This document shows positions 63,243 to 64,000 of a stretch of DNA of 64,000 nt, piece by piece. The notes under the pieces were generated by a model, which ran no database searches, was not told the origin of the DNA, and saw nothing but the letters and a program-made list of their open reading frames with translations. The position numbers were made by a program, and so were the translations under genes. Location of the stretch: contig CAWCBP010000002.1 of assembly GCA_963793865.1 (NCBI GenBank), forward strand, positions 32,001 to 96,000, given 5' to 3'. The first letter of the stretch is position 1. Each line of letters starts with the position of its first letter. Origin of the DNA: an uncultured delta proteobacterium (GTDB taxonomy: Bacteria; Desulfobacterota; WTBG01).

Positions 63243-64000
63243 TTAATATTCTATCCGGAGCTTTTCAATTTTTGCATAAAGGGTTGATCTGGAGATATCG
63301 AGGATTTTTGCTGCCTTGAATTTATTGCCATGTACTTGCTTAAGTACCCGTACTATTGTTTCTCTTTCCATGTGTTCTTTTTTATCTTCTAATGTTAAAT
63401 TCTCCTTTCTCTCATCAGAAGGTGCCTGTTCTTCCCTTGCTTCCTTTACTACCTCTTGCGGCAAATCCTTATACGTGATGAGATTGTTTTCACAAAGCGT
63501 CAAGGCCCTTTCAATAATATTCCTCAACTCCCTTACATTCCCCGGGTAGTTATAATCAGTAAGTTGACGCAAGGCATTCTCGGATACCATCACCTCACCC
63601 CCTTTGTCATTTGACTCTTTTATAAAATAGTCCACCAGTAAGGGTATATCTTCCTTTCGCTCTCTTAAGGGTGGTAAAGTGACAGTAATCACATTAATGC
63701 GATAGTATAAATCTTCCCTAAACCTCCCTTTTTCGATCAGCTCTTTTAAATCTTTGTTAGTAGCGGCAATAATCCTTACCTTTACCTTTTTTTCAACGGT
63801 GCTTCCTGCTGATCGAAAGGTCCCTTCTTCCAATACCCTTAGCAATTTAACCTGTGTTGCTAAACTCATTTCTGCTATTTCATCTAAAAAGAGGGTGCCG
63901 CCATCGGCTACTTCAAAAATACCCTTTTTGTCAGCTATGGCACCGGTAAAAGCACCTTGTATGTGTCCGAAGAGTTCTGATTCCAAAAGGTTTTTATTTA
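63243..64000 (-). CDS. sigma54-dependent enhancer-binding protein (Fis HTH), 5'-partial
   Basis: [48 protein letters not shown]. Confidence 0.96.
   Translation of the reverse strand, partial: NKNLLESELFGHIQGAFTGAIADKKGIFEVADGGTLFLDEIAEMSLATQVKLLRVLEEGTFRSAGSTVEKKVKVRIIAATNKDLKELIEKGRFREDLYYRINVITVTLPPLRERKEDIPLLVDYFIKESNDKGGEVMVSENALRQLTDYNYPGNVRELRNIIERALTLCENNLITYKDLPQEVVKEAREEQAPSDERKENLTLEDKKEHMERETIVRVLKQVHGNKFKAAKILDISRSTLYAKIEKLRIEY

Overview
Bacterial chromosomal window. Gene content (TrpB2, sigma54 promoters, PilZ, CFI-box-CTERM-like secreted proteins, DUF1566 proteins) suggests a Desulfobacterota/deltaproteobacterial genome; this is an inference. Scattered single-base frameshifts suggest an imperfectly polished assembly or gene decay. 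Layout: (1) 1-11.2 kb housekeeping and secreted-protein genes, including a DUF1573 gene with an in-frame UGA at a Cys position (candidate selenoprotein). (2) 11.2-23 kb, an array of toxin-antitoxin/defence cassettes (ADP-ribosylglycohydrolase, AAA-DUF4143, Phd-RelE, 2x DUF433-DUF5615, 3x MNT with HEPN partner or remnant, one IS3). These are separated by a mosaic family of long non-coding repeats with DnaA-box-like sites, a conserved hairpin and GGGGTCAGGTCTTGA motifs. (3) 23.3-31.5 kb, an integrase-less island bounded by a 46-bp tRNA-Lys(CTT) duplication. It carries secreted proteins sharing an EF-hand/dockerin-like module, two DUF1566 genes with DGR-variable-region-like codon patterns, hsp20, tatA and a promoter/terminator-bounded 6S-RNA-like ncRNA. 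(4) 32-45.4 kb, a GC-rich block with a frameshifted RND pump and an intact cyclic beta-1,2-glucan synthase. (5) 45.9-58.4 kb, stress/envelope genes. (6) 58.5-64 kb, a sigma54 activator-PilZ-GxxExxY-RpoD-paralog cluster. All family assignments come from motif recognition by eye; no searches were run.
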